Source: the human T2T-CHM13v2.0 reference genome, Homo sapiens
DNA: 64,000 bases
Direction: 5' to 3' (one strand)
NCBI RefSeq assembly: GCF_009914755.1
Contig: NC_060938.1
In this document: piece by piece, positions 29,424 through 43,554 of the stretch
Layout of the letters: every line of letters begins with the position of its first letter
How positions within the stretch are numbered: the first letter of the stretch is position 1
Program-made: the position numbers and the translations under genes
The notes under the pieces: model-generated
What the model saw: the letters and a program-made list of their open reading frames with translations, nothing else
Database searches by the model: none
Told to the model about the DNA's origin: nothing

Positions 29424-32400
29424 AAGAATATAAATAATCTAAATAAAACCTCAAGAATGAAAATTTCGATAATATTTGTGTTATTGCAGAATGAAGCAGA
29501 GCTCCACATGCAACATAAAATAGAAATTTCCAGCACTGTAAGAGATTTTCATTGCCCTTTCTATGTAGTTGGATTAAGAATAGTTTAGTCAAAAGGTTTA
29601 CTTTTCCCATGGCTATAATATGGTGAGGGATAGTATGATTTCTCTAAGTGCTAAGTTTAATTATTTCATGATATTTTATACATGGTAATTCAACTCCAAA
29701 TTAAAGTAACTCATCTCATTGTGTATTCAACCACATGAGGTCAAATTATATCTTTCACGATTATTTTGCAGGCATAGGTTTTTGCTTTCAAAGATAATTT
29801 ACTTAGTTTCAAAACATAAAACAATCTTCCAGGTACATGATTACTATGAAAACAAGGTTTCAAAATATTTGATTTCAGAAGTTCAAGAAGGCAAAAAGGA
29901 TTTATTTTTGCTTTATATTTGTTTTGTTTTTCCCCAAATTATGCCAAAAACATTTTCTGATATTTCAATAAATGTCATTTCTGATATTTCATATATTCCA
30001 GTAACATGTGTGGCCCACCAACCTTTACCCTACTTTTTTCTCATGAAACAAAAGCAAGAGGAATTCTTACTTCATGCGTAACATATACTTTACCCTGTGA
30101 AAATCTCAACTGAAGGATGATGCTAAAGCTAATAGCTTTGAAAGTTTAGGAGAAAATGATTAGAAACTGATATGAGCAAAACTAACAATATGTGGCTAAT
30201 AAATTAGGATAAAATAACCAGATATATCCATGCTTATTCTGCAGAACATAATCTCCTAACATTTGCGAAAACACCCAAGCCTTATTCTGGGATTACATGA
30301 CATGCCTGCATTTTACCACTAGTTTATAAAGGGCTGTTGGTTCTATCATTTTCCCAGTATGACTAATTTTTTAAGTCTTGATAACTGGTCTATTATTTCT
30401 ACATATCCCACCATAACCCTAAAAGGAAACATAGAGGTAAAGGTTACAAAAATGTTTTATCTGCCACACCATGAAATCTGTCCTACTTGCAAGTGAAAAG
30501 TCTCCTGTAGAACCCTTTCTTGCCATCAAGAATCCAAATTAGCAACAGCTTGCAATGATAATCAGTTCATTTCAGTGTACTCAAAATGGGCTCATTATTA
30601 TTAATTTTTGCCAACTCCCAAGCAATTCATGAACCATTTTTAGATTTTCAAAAAGCAGTTCATGAATCAGACAAAAAAAATTTAAAAGGAACCCATCCCA
30701 CAATGAGATGATGACTCAGAGTCCTTTGCTGTAGCTGTGTCAACTGCCGAGCATCTGAAATCTGATGAGGATGGGGTTGATGGAGAAAAGGCCATGATGA
30801 GCATGAAACAATGTGTTGAATTTACATGTTAAAACTTCTTGTTGGTTTTGGCAATTTTGCTGAAGATTATTGAGAAATCCATAACATCTGGATGTGGGGG
30901 AGAAGCTCCACTAAAATGATGAAGTTTATATTGGTCGACAAGACTATAAATGGAAAAGAAAGTAGTTTCTTAACACAGCTGTTTCCAATTTTGTTAACAT
31001 TTTAGTCCAAATTCATTTGAAAAAAAAAAAAGAAATAACATAAAACTCTTATGTTTGAGATATACTCTACAAGTCTGACTTGATGTACACATGCTGAAGA
31101 CATTCTTGACTCAAACTAGCATATCTAGAGAATGGACAAATGAGCCCTTAGTCCTAAATCTAGGCCCTATCTGTCTTGGAAATGCACACCAGTGTAAGGC
31201 ATTTAGCCATGGAATCTGGATTTCAAAGTCAAGTAATCCTTTTAGGTTAATTTGTTTTTAAGTGAAATAAAACCATCAGACTCCTGGCACTGTCTTATGT
31301 TGCAGTACATGTCATATCTCTCGTGCCTTAGAAAACGATATAATTTAATGGGTAGTTCATTGATTCAACCTCAAAGGAACTAAATTCTCTCTGTTCTTTC
31401 ACTGACTTGGTGACTTTATATTCATCTATTCTTTCTGTGCTTTATTTTTTCCTTCTGCAAGGTGGGCAATATGCAATAAGACTTAAGAAAATATATGCAA
31501 ACATGTTTCCTTGTGCTCTTGAAGGAACACTGAATAAATCAGATACGTTAATATACCTATATTTGCGTATATACGTACACATGTACAGATATGCATATAC
31601 ATACACATACAAACATACAGATAGATGTATGTATTTATTTCCATCAATGTCATTTTGGCTTCAAATTTCCCATTTTTCTGTTATTAGTCTTCTTATATCT
31701 TTTTAAAAAATATTTTACCAGGAAAAGTGGCAAACAGTTGAAAATTCCCTATTCTATTTTTTTGCCTCCTCTTTCCTTCTTTTCCTTTCCTTTTCCTTTT
31801 CTTCTGTTGCAGCCCTCAATTTTTTTCTGTTTTCCTGCACAAAGAACAAAAGTGAAATAAGAACCTCAGAGATAATAGGCTCCACTCTTGTTTTCCTTTT
31901 ATGGATCTCTGAAGTCATTATGCAGCTGAGTAAAGTGGGAACAGCATCTTTATAAAATGTTCTGTTAGCTTGCTGATGCTTTTTGGCTAAAGATGACTCT
32001 TAAATATTGATGACAACTACAAGTTACTTTCAATGCTTTTATTTTCAGAATTCAAGATTTGGTAAAGGCATGAGCATACTGATATCAGATAGATTGGTTA
32101 GCTCTCTTTGACGTAAGTCAAGCCTGGGACAGCAAGATGTTTTAAAGATCATCAACAATATGATCAATATAGATTGCCAAAATCAATTCTGGAGTCTGAC
32201 TCTGCCTGCTGTGAGCAGTTGTCATAATGTTCTTTGAGAAAATTGGCAAGAAATGATGAGGATTCTGTCAACAGACATCCATCAATAGAAAATAATCCCC
32301 CTGCAGACATATTACACTCCTTTTGCCTTTTCTTTGCAAATAAGTCATAAATAAGGAAATCCTGGTTAAACCTTTGTGATTAACTGACTTAATATAATAA

Positions 32401-33269
32401 CTTAACTAAGATATTTCTTTGTTTTGAATAAAGATATTAAATGAAAGTTTGCATTTCTCAATTTATAAAGTACTTCAGACTTCAGAAATAGTACCAGTAC
32501 CCACCACATGAAATTTATTCAACACCTCCAGAAGTGATTTTCAAACTTGGTCGTCTCTTTTCCATAGTTACAAAATTTCATACTTGGAGAGCTTATCAAT
32601 GGGCTTTGGTGAGGGTCATTTTTTATTTCACAGGTTTCCACTTTGAGGAAGCTGGGTATTTGTTTGACTATACCATTTTTGGCTTTACAGTTTTCCACAT
32701 AGGACCCAAAGATGCTGAGAATCCATGGATTCTATGGATGATTTTCATGACGTCTATGAAATTTTAAAAATTGAGTAAGATTATTTCTGTATGTGGACAC
32801 GTTTATATTGTTGATGGAGACAGGAATTCTAACAATTGTCTGATTTACCAAGAAGTCTACGATTTTTTTTTAAAGGAACAATGGAGGAAGGAAAGAAGGA
32901 AAAATTGACCTGTAAATAATTTGTAAAAACTGGTTAACTTAACCCTACCTAGATATTCACTTATTTTAAAAGTAAATACTTATTAAGTGCCTATGATGTG
33001 CCATCAATGAAATATAACAATAACAAAAAAGCACCACCCTTTAAAATCTTACATTCAAGTGACAGGAGAAAGATAATAAAGCATGTTAAGTGTTAGCTGA
33101 TACAGACCTAACTCATAACTCTCCAATAACTTTATTCACTTTGCAATTATGGTCTTACAAAACAGTTTTATAAACTTGCTATCCACAGAAAAACGCTTTC
33201 AATTTTTCAAATATCTTCTAATATCCTGTAACATTTCTATAACCATAGGATCAATGCCTCGTTTTAAAG

Positions 33270-33482
33270 CATGACCCCTTATCCTGGGTACCGTTGACAT
33301 TAGAGCCAGACAATTGTTTGTTATTAGTAGCTGTCCTGAGCATCTGTTTAGCAGCACCTCTGGCCTCTACCCACTAGAAGACAGTAGTGCCTACCCCAAC
33401 CCAAGTTGTGACAACCAAATATGTCTCCAGAAATTGCCAAATGTCTCCTGGGTTACAAAATTCTCCCAGTTGAGAAGCACTA
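33270..33482. mobile_element. MER20 hAT-Charlie
   Basis: TTTAGCAGCACCTCTGGCCTCTACCCACTAG...GTTGTGACAACCAAA...CCAGTTGAGAAGCACT. Confidence 0.85.
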
Positions 33483-34649
33483 TTCTGAAGGCTGCATCTG
33501 TTAGTAGTTCAGTGGTAATGTGGGTGGTGATGAATCCATGTTTTTATTGTTATAAGGCAGAAATCCACATTGTCCCAAAGATAATTGAATCTTGATAGTC
33601 AAATTTGAAATTCACCAGTCTACAAGATATCTGCTAAAGAAACCATACCTTGTCCTAGAAGGGAGATTTTTACTCTTCTTCTTCTCTCTTTTCCCTTTTA
33701 TTTCTTGTTTGCTCACTTATCTTTTGTTTTAATTTCACATCTAGGCTAATAGACAGGGCCAATTCGTAGACATTCTCTTACACAAATTTTGGTTTGAAAT
33801 AATAAAATCTAGCTATGAAAAATGTAACTAATATTGGAGATATTTACCTAAAGGAAAGATGTGTAAGTAGAATCTAGAAATGCAAGAATAATAGCTTTAA
33901 AAAACTTAAAGAACTAAAGATGGATATAGATTTGTTGATATTTTTAATGCATTGAAAATCAAAATTCATAGTTATTTCAGAAATTCTGAATTTGGCAGTA
34001 TTGGCCTCTTTTTACTCTGTTACTCTTATCCCTATAATAGTAACACCTCAAGTTCAGTTCCATTTAAAAGAGATGGAATATTAAAATAAGCGGAGGAAAA
34101 TGAAGACAGCCAATTTAATTAGGAAGTTTAAAGGCAAGAAACAAAAGGAAGGAAGGCAAACAGGGCAGAAGATGAGAAAAAGAGGATGCAAAATGGAAAT
34201 AAAGTAGTTGAGAAGATTTCTGAAACATATGGCATATGTTTATTTTGATGATTTTATCCTGGGTTTGCATTCTCTGTTAATCACACTTTCCACTCTTTAG
34301 TTCTCCTTCAGTTCTGCTGCCTACCTAACCTCTGAATGTATTGTAGAATTCTTGTGCAAGTTTCGTATTTGTTATCTTACTTATGTGCATAGCAACTTCC
34401 TGCTCAAGTCAAGTTTTCCATTTGTAGCTGGGTATTATGTGGCAGAGGGTGGACCAAATAAGCAAATAATTCTCTGAGATTCCCTGATGGTGTCTCCTAT
34501 TTCTGAGCCTTCTATACAGAACCCATGCTATGGGGAAGGTAAAGGGACGTAAAGTCTGAGGTGAAAATTTTGTTATAATACTTCTCTCTGTTTTAGTTAA
34601 TATTCTGAATAACCTAATTTAAGGTCTCAAAGAACTCTGGACTTGGAAT

Positions 34650-35050
34650 CAAAATGCTTGGTCCTTAAATTCTATTTCTTGGAATCTACACTAAAAATAA
34701 GAAAAATAAAACAAGTCCTATGAATAAAGACAACCAAAGCAATATTATTTATAAAGGAACAGAATTGGAAGAAACCTACATTTTCAATCATAAGGAAATG
34801 GATAATCAAATGATGGTAGACATATACCATGCAGCCATTAAAAATACTGGTAGTCACATCTAAAATTAAGTAACACAATTTTAATAGAACAAAGCAAGAT
34901 ATGTTATACCACAGTATAATAAAAAGTATATAAATAAAAGCATTTATTTAAAATGAAATTACAAGTTTGATGGCAACACTTTTGCTAGGTAACGTTACTG
35001 TGGGTACCACTTACCCTTTCAACTTTCCTATATTTTCAAGATTTTTAAAA
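34650..35050 (+). mobile_element. L1ME-type 3' fossil
   Basis: AATTGGAAGAAACCTACAT...GGAAATGGATAATCAAATGATGGTA...TGCAGCCATTAAAAAT. Confidence 0.55.
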
Positions 35051-36643
35051 TAAAAGCAAAGCAAAATAAAAGTAACTAAATAAAAGATTAATGACCAGCA
35101 AAGAAAAATAATTCTGAGTTTACAAAACACTAACTGCAGGAAAAAGTGTGTAAGACCTATTAGAAACTTTTACAATTGAGCTGGATGAAGGAGGGAGAAC
35201 AAAAGTTGTGTAGAAATAAAAGTTGTGTAGAAACAAAAATATGTACAAATATTTAAAATGCAGTTAATGGGTTCTGAGAAGGATAATGAGTTAGTTGGGA
35301 AGAAAGATAAAAACAAGTGTGTTTTTCAGAGGAAAAAAATTATTTTTTACCCAAACACATTTCTACATTATTCAAATTTAATGTTCTACTACCAGATATT
35401 GAATACTTTATTATCTGGGCAGACAGAGAAGAGGATAAAAGGGTTTTATTTTTCTTTGCTTCCTTCACTCCGTTTGGCTATTGCTGTTGACCTCACGTCT
35501 GGAGAGATTCACACTTCAAGAAAGATATTAAGATTTCATAAATGAAATTAAATAAATACATATTCATAAAATTTAGAGAATTATCTGCCACAGAATAAGT
35601 GTTATTCAAACCTTTGTTATATAAATACTCTACTTTTGAGTAGCCTAACAGATTGCATAAACCATCCTTAAAAATCAACTCCTTAGGACTAAGTACCAGA
35701 AAGTAATTTGTAAATATTATACTTTGCCTAATGCTTTACAACAATCACAAAATTAAAAGGATACACAGCAAATTACTTTTAAAATTTTTCTTTCATTAGA
35801 CTCAGAAAAATGAAAATGGGTATATTCCAATTTGCATTTTTTAAGATGAACAGGCACACTATCTTTAAAGCTACTGTAAATTACCAGCTTAATAATGACA
35901 AAGAATGTGTATAGCTATTTATTCTTGTGTTCAGTAAAAAAAATATAGTAACCATGGCAACTACCAAATCTCATAGTATGTATGCTACCTCTATGATCAC
36001 TTTTTATAATAAAGACATGAGTAATATATCATCTAGGTTCTGGTATTAAATGTGTTGAAATGCCTTCAAACATACCCATTGCTGATATACATATTTACCA
36101 TGTTTAATTCCCTTAGCTCTGACATCAACTATACCTTCAATTTTAACATTTTTGCATTTTAGCTATAGTCTGAATATATAACCATGTGTATTAAATCTGA
36201 AAATTGTAAAATTAGAATCAACATCCCAAATTTCTCAATGACTGACAATTGACTTTCCCTGAGCTCTACAGAAATACATAAGACGTAATTTTTCCTTAAA
36301 GAATGTGAAATTGAGTTCCAATTTTTTGTAAAAATTTTTTTCTATTAGAAAACATACTGTTTATACTTTCATAAATTAAAAATAAACAAGTTTGTATTAG
36401 AAGTTGATCAATATAATGTTTTCAAGTATTTTATGCTCCTGTTATATTTAATGCAAGTTCCATTTATGAGACACCTTAAGCAATAGAGAAGTGCAACATT
36501 TGTTCACAGGTTTTATTTAGACAAAATGGTATGCACCCCTCTGGTGAACCTAAGCCTTAGAAAGTCTTGGGAATAGAAACCCATGTCCCACCAGTTTATT
36601 TAGCTGGAGCTTAGAAGGAGAATTGATTGATGTTTTGTCATGT

Positions 36644-37331
36644 TGAGGGGTGAAGCCGGCTGCACTTCTGGGTCAGGTGGGGACTTGGAGAACTTTTCCG
36701 TCTAGCTGAAGGATTGTAAACGCACCAATCAACGCTCTGTGTCTAGCTAAATGTTTGTAAATACACCAATCAGCACTCTGTAAAAACGCACCAATCAGCG
36801 TTCTGTAAAATGGACCAATCAGCACTCTGTAAAATGGACCAATCAGCAGAACGTGGGCAGGGCCAAATAAGGGAATAAAAGCTGGCCACCAGAGACAGCA
36901 GCAGTAATCCACTGGGGTACGCTTCCGCGCTGTGGAGAGTATGTTCTTTTGCTCTTCACAGTAAATCTTGCTAATGCTCACTTTTTGGGTCCACACTACT
37001 TTTATGAACTGTAACACTCACTGCGAAGGTCTTTAGCTTAACTCCTGAAGCCAGCAAGACCACGAATCCTCTGGGAGGCATGAACAACTCCTGACCCGCC
37101 ACCTTAAAGAGCTGTAACACTCACTGTGAAGGTCTGCGGCTTCACTCCTGAAGTCAGCGAGACCACGAACGCACCAGAAGGAAGAAACTCCCCACACATG
37201 TGAACATCTGAAGGAACAAACTCCCGACACTCCATCTTCAAGAACTGTAACACTCACCGTGAGGGTCTGCAGCTTCATTCTTGAAGTCAGCAAGACCAAG
37301 AACCCACCAGAAGAAACCAATTCCGGCCACA
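36644..37331 (+). mobile_element. LTR12F-like (ERV9) solo LTR
   Basis: TGAGGGGTGAAGCCGGCTG start; five CCAATC repeats at 36725-36845; three CTGTAACACTCAC repeats; ends CCAATTCCGGCCACA; TSD ATGT/GTGT. Confidence 0.95.
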
Positions 37332-37761
37332 GTGTCTCCTTGGCTTACTGTGGAAAAACTCAAGGGGAGATTATTCTCTGAAAAATCTTACCAGGTATGT
37401 AAGAAGGCTTGGACCCCCAGGTTGCTCATAGGACCCTTTTAATAAGAATGTAACTTAACTGAATTATGGTTAACTTCCTCTCTTCCCCAAACAGGAACTA
37501 CAATGAAGAAAATTTAAAAAATTTCACAAATTATTAAATAATTTTAATCATCATAGATGCCCAGTGGTTTTGAATTGGGCAACTTTTTTGTTTGATTTTT
37601 TTGACTTTTCTATGAAAAAGGAAGAGCTTTATAACATTTAATTTTTAATGAAACTATGTAAGTTACTGTTATAACAATTTAATGGCATATTTAAATGAAT
37701 CATGTATACCCTTCATTATTGCAAAACCAAGGTCAGGAATCAGTAAGAATAAGAAAATATT

Positions 37762-38075
37762 GCTGGGTGTGGTGGCTCACGCCTGTAATCCCAGAACTTT
37801 GGGAGGCTGTTGTGGGCAGATCATGAGGTCAGGAGATCAAGACCATCCTGGCTATCATGGTGAAACCCCGTCAGTACTAAAAATACAAAAAAAAAAAAAA
37901 TTAGCCAGGTGTGGTGGTGGGTGCCCATAGTCCCAGCTACTTGGGAGGTTGAGGCAGGAGAATGGCATGAACCCAGGAGACAGAGTTTGCAGCGAGCCAA
38001 GATTGCGCCACTGCACTCCAGCCTGGGCGACAGAGCTAGACTCTGTCTCAAAAAAAAAAAAAAGAAAAGAAAAAA
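37762..38075 (+). mobile_element. AluY/Sc
   Basis: Full dimer, poly-A, AAAATATT on both flanks. Confidence 0.94.
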
Positions 38076-38185
38076 TAAAATATTTATTATGTCAAACTTT
38101 CCAGGTGCCTTCAATGCCAATTTACTATAATGCCTGTTTACTCACTGCCCTTGGAAAAAGGGTCCCTTTTATTTCACTAAATGCA

Positions 38186-38210
38186 GTGTGTGTGTGTGTG
38201 TGTGTGTGTG
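38186..38210. repeat. (TG)n microsatellite
   Basis: About 12 TG units. Confidence 0.95.
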
Positions 38211-39017
38211 AAGAGACAGAAATTTAAGTGTCACCTTCAAGAACTTACAAAATTTGCAACATTCTGTATTTAACCATTGTTTTCTTTTACAAATACAAAA
38301 ATTGTAGGGCAAAAGAAAACTGACATCAAAAGTATAGAAAGCCCTTCTTCTCTGGCACCCTTTTTTCCTCCAGAAATTCCATAAATTTATTTATTCAATC
38401 TACCTAATAATTTGGAGTTTGCCTAGTGCTTTCATAGACATAATTCCATGTGATGTTTACCATACTGGTAGGGTTCATATTATTTGTTTTTTATTTCTGT
38501 TTTCCAAGATTTAAAGAGGTTATAGTAAGGAGAGCAAGAGGATAAGAACTAGAGATGGTGTACAAGGATTGCAGGGGAAGTAATAAGAAAGAAGAAAGGT
38601 GAATGAAATGAGACAGAAAAATAGTCCACAAACTTTAAACAAGTGGGCAGAGACCAACAGTTGACAGTTACGAGGCATGATAGTCGTGTTTGTGCAAGAG
38701 GAAGGAGAGAACGAAACTGGGTGTATAGTGGACTTGAGGATGGGAGAACCTAGAAACAGCCATCGAGTCTTCAGTGGGAAGCAGGCGGAGAAGAGCAGCT
38801 GAGAACAGGAGGGATGTGTGCTTCCCAGTACCAGGTGAAGCAGGGGCTGGTGGTAAGTGGGTGTACAAGGCTGAGGCAGGACAGCATCTGTGAATTATCA
38901 AACTGACCCTTCAAGCTTCCATTTCAGAACCAGGTACCACACAGGAGAGAAATTTAAGAGATGGAATAAAAAATGAGGAGGAATAGGGGCAAGAGGTACA
39001 GATGAGGAAAGGGAAGG

Positions 39018-39345
39018 TCCAGAACTGTGATGCCAGTAAAGTAGCCAGTAGCACCAAGTCACTACTGAGCACTTCAGTTGACACTTGTCTGAATTGAGAT
39101 GTGCTGTAAGTATAAAATACACATCATATATGAAAGACTTAGAATAAAAAATGCAAAGTATCTTATTAATATTTTTAAAATACTTGATTACGTGTTAAAA
39201 TGATGGTATTTTGAATATACTGGATTATATAAAATATATTAATTTCATCTTTTTCCATTTTTTTCAATGTGACTATTAAAAATTTTAAACAACATATGTG
39301 CCTTATATTTTTGGATCTTATTATATTTCTGTTGGACAAATTGGT
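39018..39345. mobile_element. MER33 hAT-Charlie
   Basis: TGAATTGAGATGTGCTGTAAGTATAAAATACAC...ATATTTCTGTTGGACA. Confidence 0.8.
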
Positions 39346-39351
39346 CTAAAT

Positions 39352-39566
39352 CAGAGAGGTAAGCAAACTATAGCTTGTGGGCCAAATCCAACCTGTTGTT
39401 TTTTTTTTAAATAATGTCTATTAGAACATAACCATTCTAATTCGTTTAAGTGTCTCCTGTGGCTGTAAAAGGGCAGAGTTGAGTATTTGTGTCAGAGACT
39501 GTATGGTTTGTAAAGCCTAAATTATTTACTATATGGCCTTTTACAGAAAGTTTGCCGACCTCTGGT
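39352..39566. mobile_element. MER58A hAT-Charlie
   Basis: CAGAGAGGTAAGCAAACTATAGCTTGTGGGCCAAATC...TTTACAGAAAGTTTGCCGACCTCTG. Confidence 0.85.
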
Positions 39567-39619
39567 ATAAACAAGTGGAGGAAGAAAACAGCCAGAAAAT
39601 CTCAAAAAGTAAGCCAACC

Positions 39620-39946
<327 letters not shown>

Positions 39947-39949
39947 CTA

Positions 39950-40455
39950 TACAAAAACAGTAAAAAAGAAAGCTCTTGGAAATTAGAAAAACTTCCCTAA
40001 ACCCCACTTCACTTTAGAAGTTTGGCAAAATTAATTTCATGTAATTTGTAACATATAAAAATCTAGGTCAAATCCCATACAAAATTATTATATAAAGAAA
40101 GATAATAAAGAGCAGAAAAATAACCCGCATCAAAAAGACAAAGTCACAAAACAGAATCAACCTGAAACTAATATTTGAAAATGAACTAAAAGACAAAGAA
40201 AATGATCTAATAAATGCAAAGACATAAATCAGTATTAGAAATGTTCAGAAATGTATGAATGAACTCCAGAAATAATTGGAAGTAAAACAAAAAATCACTT
40301 TTAAAATAAAGATGGAACTAGGAAGAACACAGAATAATTAAATGCAACTGATAGTATGTCTTAAAAACATAGAAGGTGAAAAATGAAAAAAATTAAATAG
40401 AAATAAAAGAAATAATCAAGGGACAGTAATAAATATTGAAGAGGTGAAAACGCAC
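39950..40455 (+). mobile_element. Old L1M/HAL1-like ORF1 fossil (source of the 43621-43842 copy)
   Basis: Very A-rich; AAGCTCTTGGAAATTAGAAAA motif. Confidence 0.45.
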
Positions 40456-40694
40456 AAAAAATTTATAAGGTAACTCTTGTATAATCTGACAATCTCAAGT
40501 CTAAGCTGCGGGCTTATAAAACAAATTGGGAACAAATATTCTTGAGGTCATTTGACTAGTGAAGACCTGAGATTAAAATTCCCCACTCTCTTTCTGAATG
40601 CTCATACATATACAGGCTAATGTAATAGAAATGGGCCTTTTGAAAGAACTCAAGACTATTGGAGCACACGCAGCCTTTTAACACAAAAAGTACT

Positions 40695-41030
40695 GTGGAA
40701 TCTAAAAATGTCAAACTCATAGAAACAGTGAGTAGAATGGTGGATACCAGAGGCTGGGAAGTAGGGGAATAGGGAGATGCTGTTTAAAGGGTACAAAGTT
40801 TCAGTTAGACAGGAAGAACATATTTTTGAGACGTATGGCACAGTGTGGTGCCTATAATTAACAGTAATGTATTGTATATTTAAATATTGCTAAGAGAGTA
40901 TATTTCAAATGATAAATGGGGTGATTGATACGTTAATTAGCTTAATTTAATCATTCTACATTGTACACATATATCAAAACATAACATTGCACCCTATAAA
41001 TATGTACGATTATAATTTATCAGTTAAATA
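40695..41030 (+). mobile_element. L1MA 3' end
   Basis: TGTGGAATCTAAAAATGTCAAACTCATAGAAACAG...GGGTACAAAGTTTCAGTTAGACAGG. Confidence 0.9.
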
Positions 41031-41609
41031 TATATACATATATATATTAGTAATAAGATACCAAAAATAGGCATGAAGGAAAGTCTTTGCAGTGCAAAGA
41101 TTGGCTTGTCTTAGTAAGTTAAGGACAAACTATCATGAGTGCCTCATTTTTCCTCTTCTACTTTCAGAATACAAAGCACTCCACTTGTTATTTAGCAGGA
41201 GAGTATAGCAGAGCATAAAATTTTTCATGCCACAAACCAGGAAAGGAAGTGGAACTTAGGATAAGGGATAGTGAAAGTGTCTAACAGTTTCAAAGTGTTC
41301 TAAGGAAGGGGAAGAAGGAAGAGAAGAAAACAAGAGAAAAGTCCCAAAGGACACACTTAGGGAGAACGCAAGAGTTCAGAGAGAACTGTCCCATTCTCCA
41401 TGGCTTGAGGCACAGGGCTAAATTTAATAAAGTAAATATTCTACGATGACCTTCCATACCTTTCTGGTATCTACTAATGAAGTCTTTATTAGAATAAAAT
41501 CTAATGAAGAATGATGAAAACTTCTTTTGGGCTCTTTGGGTATGCTTGACCAACTAAGTGAGAATGCATTTTTTTTTTTTTTGCAGGTAGTGTCGAAGAA
41601 CACTAATAA

Positions 41610-42045
41610 TATCCCCTGTAGTCATTCCTTATTCTTAGTAATAAAATACGTTTTAACATAAATTAAGTTTTAACAGGGCACATTGCTGTCCAGGATAAGA
41701 TGATACTTCCCTGCCTCCTTTGCAGCAAGCAATGGCCATGTGACTAAGTTCTGCCCCATGAGATGTGAGCAAAGAAACGTGTGACTTCTTAGCTATGCCT
41801 TTAAAAGAAGCTTCTTGCCCCCCACTTTATATTTCATCCTTGCTACAGACTTGGGCACAGAGCAGGTAGGACTTAAGAAAGTGACAGGGAAGTAATATAA
41901 ATGATCTGTGGAGTCATTCTACTTCACTCGGCCACCTGCCAGGTCAAAGTTTTCAGTGAGGGATTAATAATATTCTCTTTTGTAAAAGCCACTATTATTT
42001 TGGCCTCTATTGAAACTGCTGAACACATATTCTAGCTCATATACT
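41610..42045 (+). mobile_element. MLT1J-like MaLR LTR
   Basis: TTCCCTGCCTCCTTTGCAGCAAG...GGCCATGTGACTAAGTTCTG. Confidence 0.7.
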
Positions 42046-43554
42046 GCTGATCTTTATATGATTAAGGCCTAGCACTTGGGCTATAAGAGATTATTGGATG
42101 GTAGCAGGAGCCAGTTACCCCCAATTCAAACTACACTGCAGCACTGAACCAAATGGCACCTCAGCATGGCAGCCACCTCTTAGCAGAAGAGTGGGGAAGA
42201 ATGAAATTTGACTCAGCACCAGTAATAAGGGTGCATGAAATAAGCTGACATTGGGAAAAAGACATGATAGAGAAAGTTGTGATCCTTGAACTGTTTGGAC
42301 CTGATTGGCATCTATGGTATAGAAACAGATGATTTAATTGAAGAGTAGGTGGTATGCTAAGTGAAGCTGAGATCAAAGGGCATTTTCAAACCCCATGATT
42401 AAAATAGAACTCCTCTGCCTCTGTCCAGCAGTATTCAAGAGGAGGTGGGCCCTCTGTCTTTGGGAGAGAGACATGTAGTTGGACTTGAAGGCATGGTAAG
42501 AATTTGTCTCATCTCATAAAATTGGGCTCACATGGGGTTAGAGGGTGCTGTTTTTGTGAGTAGCATCGGCTTAGACACTCATGTTGTCTTTACAATTGTA
42601 AGTCATGGAAAAGGAGCAGCACCTTATTATGAGAGGACCTGAAGGTTGTTATAGGGAGTAAGTATAGTAGACTAGCTTTTTCTTACAGTTCGCACCCCCG
42701 TCTCTTCCCTGGAGCCTGGTGCCTTCTCAAGCTAGAGTTTGGGAAGAAAGACTTTTGAACTATATCTCAAAGCAGAAAAAAAATAGATATTTTCCTGCAA
42801 TAATTCAGTATAGGAGATATACTAGTAGGAGATCCAATCAAAAATGTGAAAGATATGATTGTCAAATATTGCAAATTGATGCTATAGTGCTATAAAGACT
42901 GCAAAGACCTCTGTTTAACTCTTCATGTGTCATTCTCCAGTCCCTATCCAGTAGTGGAAACTGACAGAGCATATACTGACTGCCAGTCAGGCTTAGGTCC
43001 ATACTCAAAGGATGGCAAAAGACAATGGCAGATGGAAAGAGGGGCAAGGAGAGAACAAGAAGAAGGACTGTGGTACTGGGTTGAAATTATTTGATGTATT
43101 TTCAGACTATCTTGATGGTTCTCTTTTGAATGCAATCTCATTTTTAATGTTTCTTAAAAATGTAACATTTGTAATTGAATACAAAACTTGAACTCTGAAC
43201 AGTACAGAACACAGCACACTATCAATTCTTATAATCTTGACACTATACTTTTAATAGAATATTACAATGTTAGAGTCAGAAAATATTTTAGGGACAATAA
43301 AACATCCAATTCAACCCTTACTCTTGCAACCCTCGTTTTACAGGCTAATATATGGAGAGCCAGAGTCAAGCAACTTGCACAAAGGCTGGTATCTATGTAA
43401 CAATAGAGTGGGAATAAGAATTCAAGTCCCCAAATTATGTAACAGTTGCCTTAATTAATGCTAAGATCATGTTTATTTCTTCCAAAATTGTAGGACTTAT
43501 ATATAGCTTAAGATTAACTAAAACACCTTTTTAAATTTCATTTAGCCAATGACC

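Noticed and set aside
30700-30832. Acidic protein-like frame DDSESFAVAVSTAEHLKSDEDGVDGEK
   Set aside because: Bounded by stops, no splice sites, no family recognised
32049-32112. AG...GTAAGT-bounded 64-nt candidate exon
   Set aside because: Stops in all three frames; such pseudo-exons are common
36720-37300. Regularly spaced repeats resembling a CRISPR-like array
   Set aside because: These are the known CCAAT enhancer repeats and U5 tandem repeats of LTR12; eukaryotic context and no unique spacers
42160-42790. Possible ancient LTR-like segment
   Set aside because: Composition is suggestive, but I cannot assign a family or boundaries
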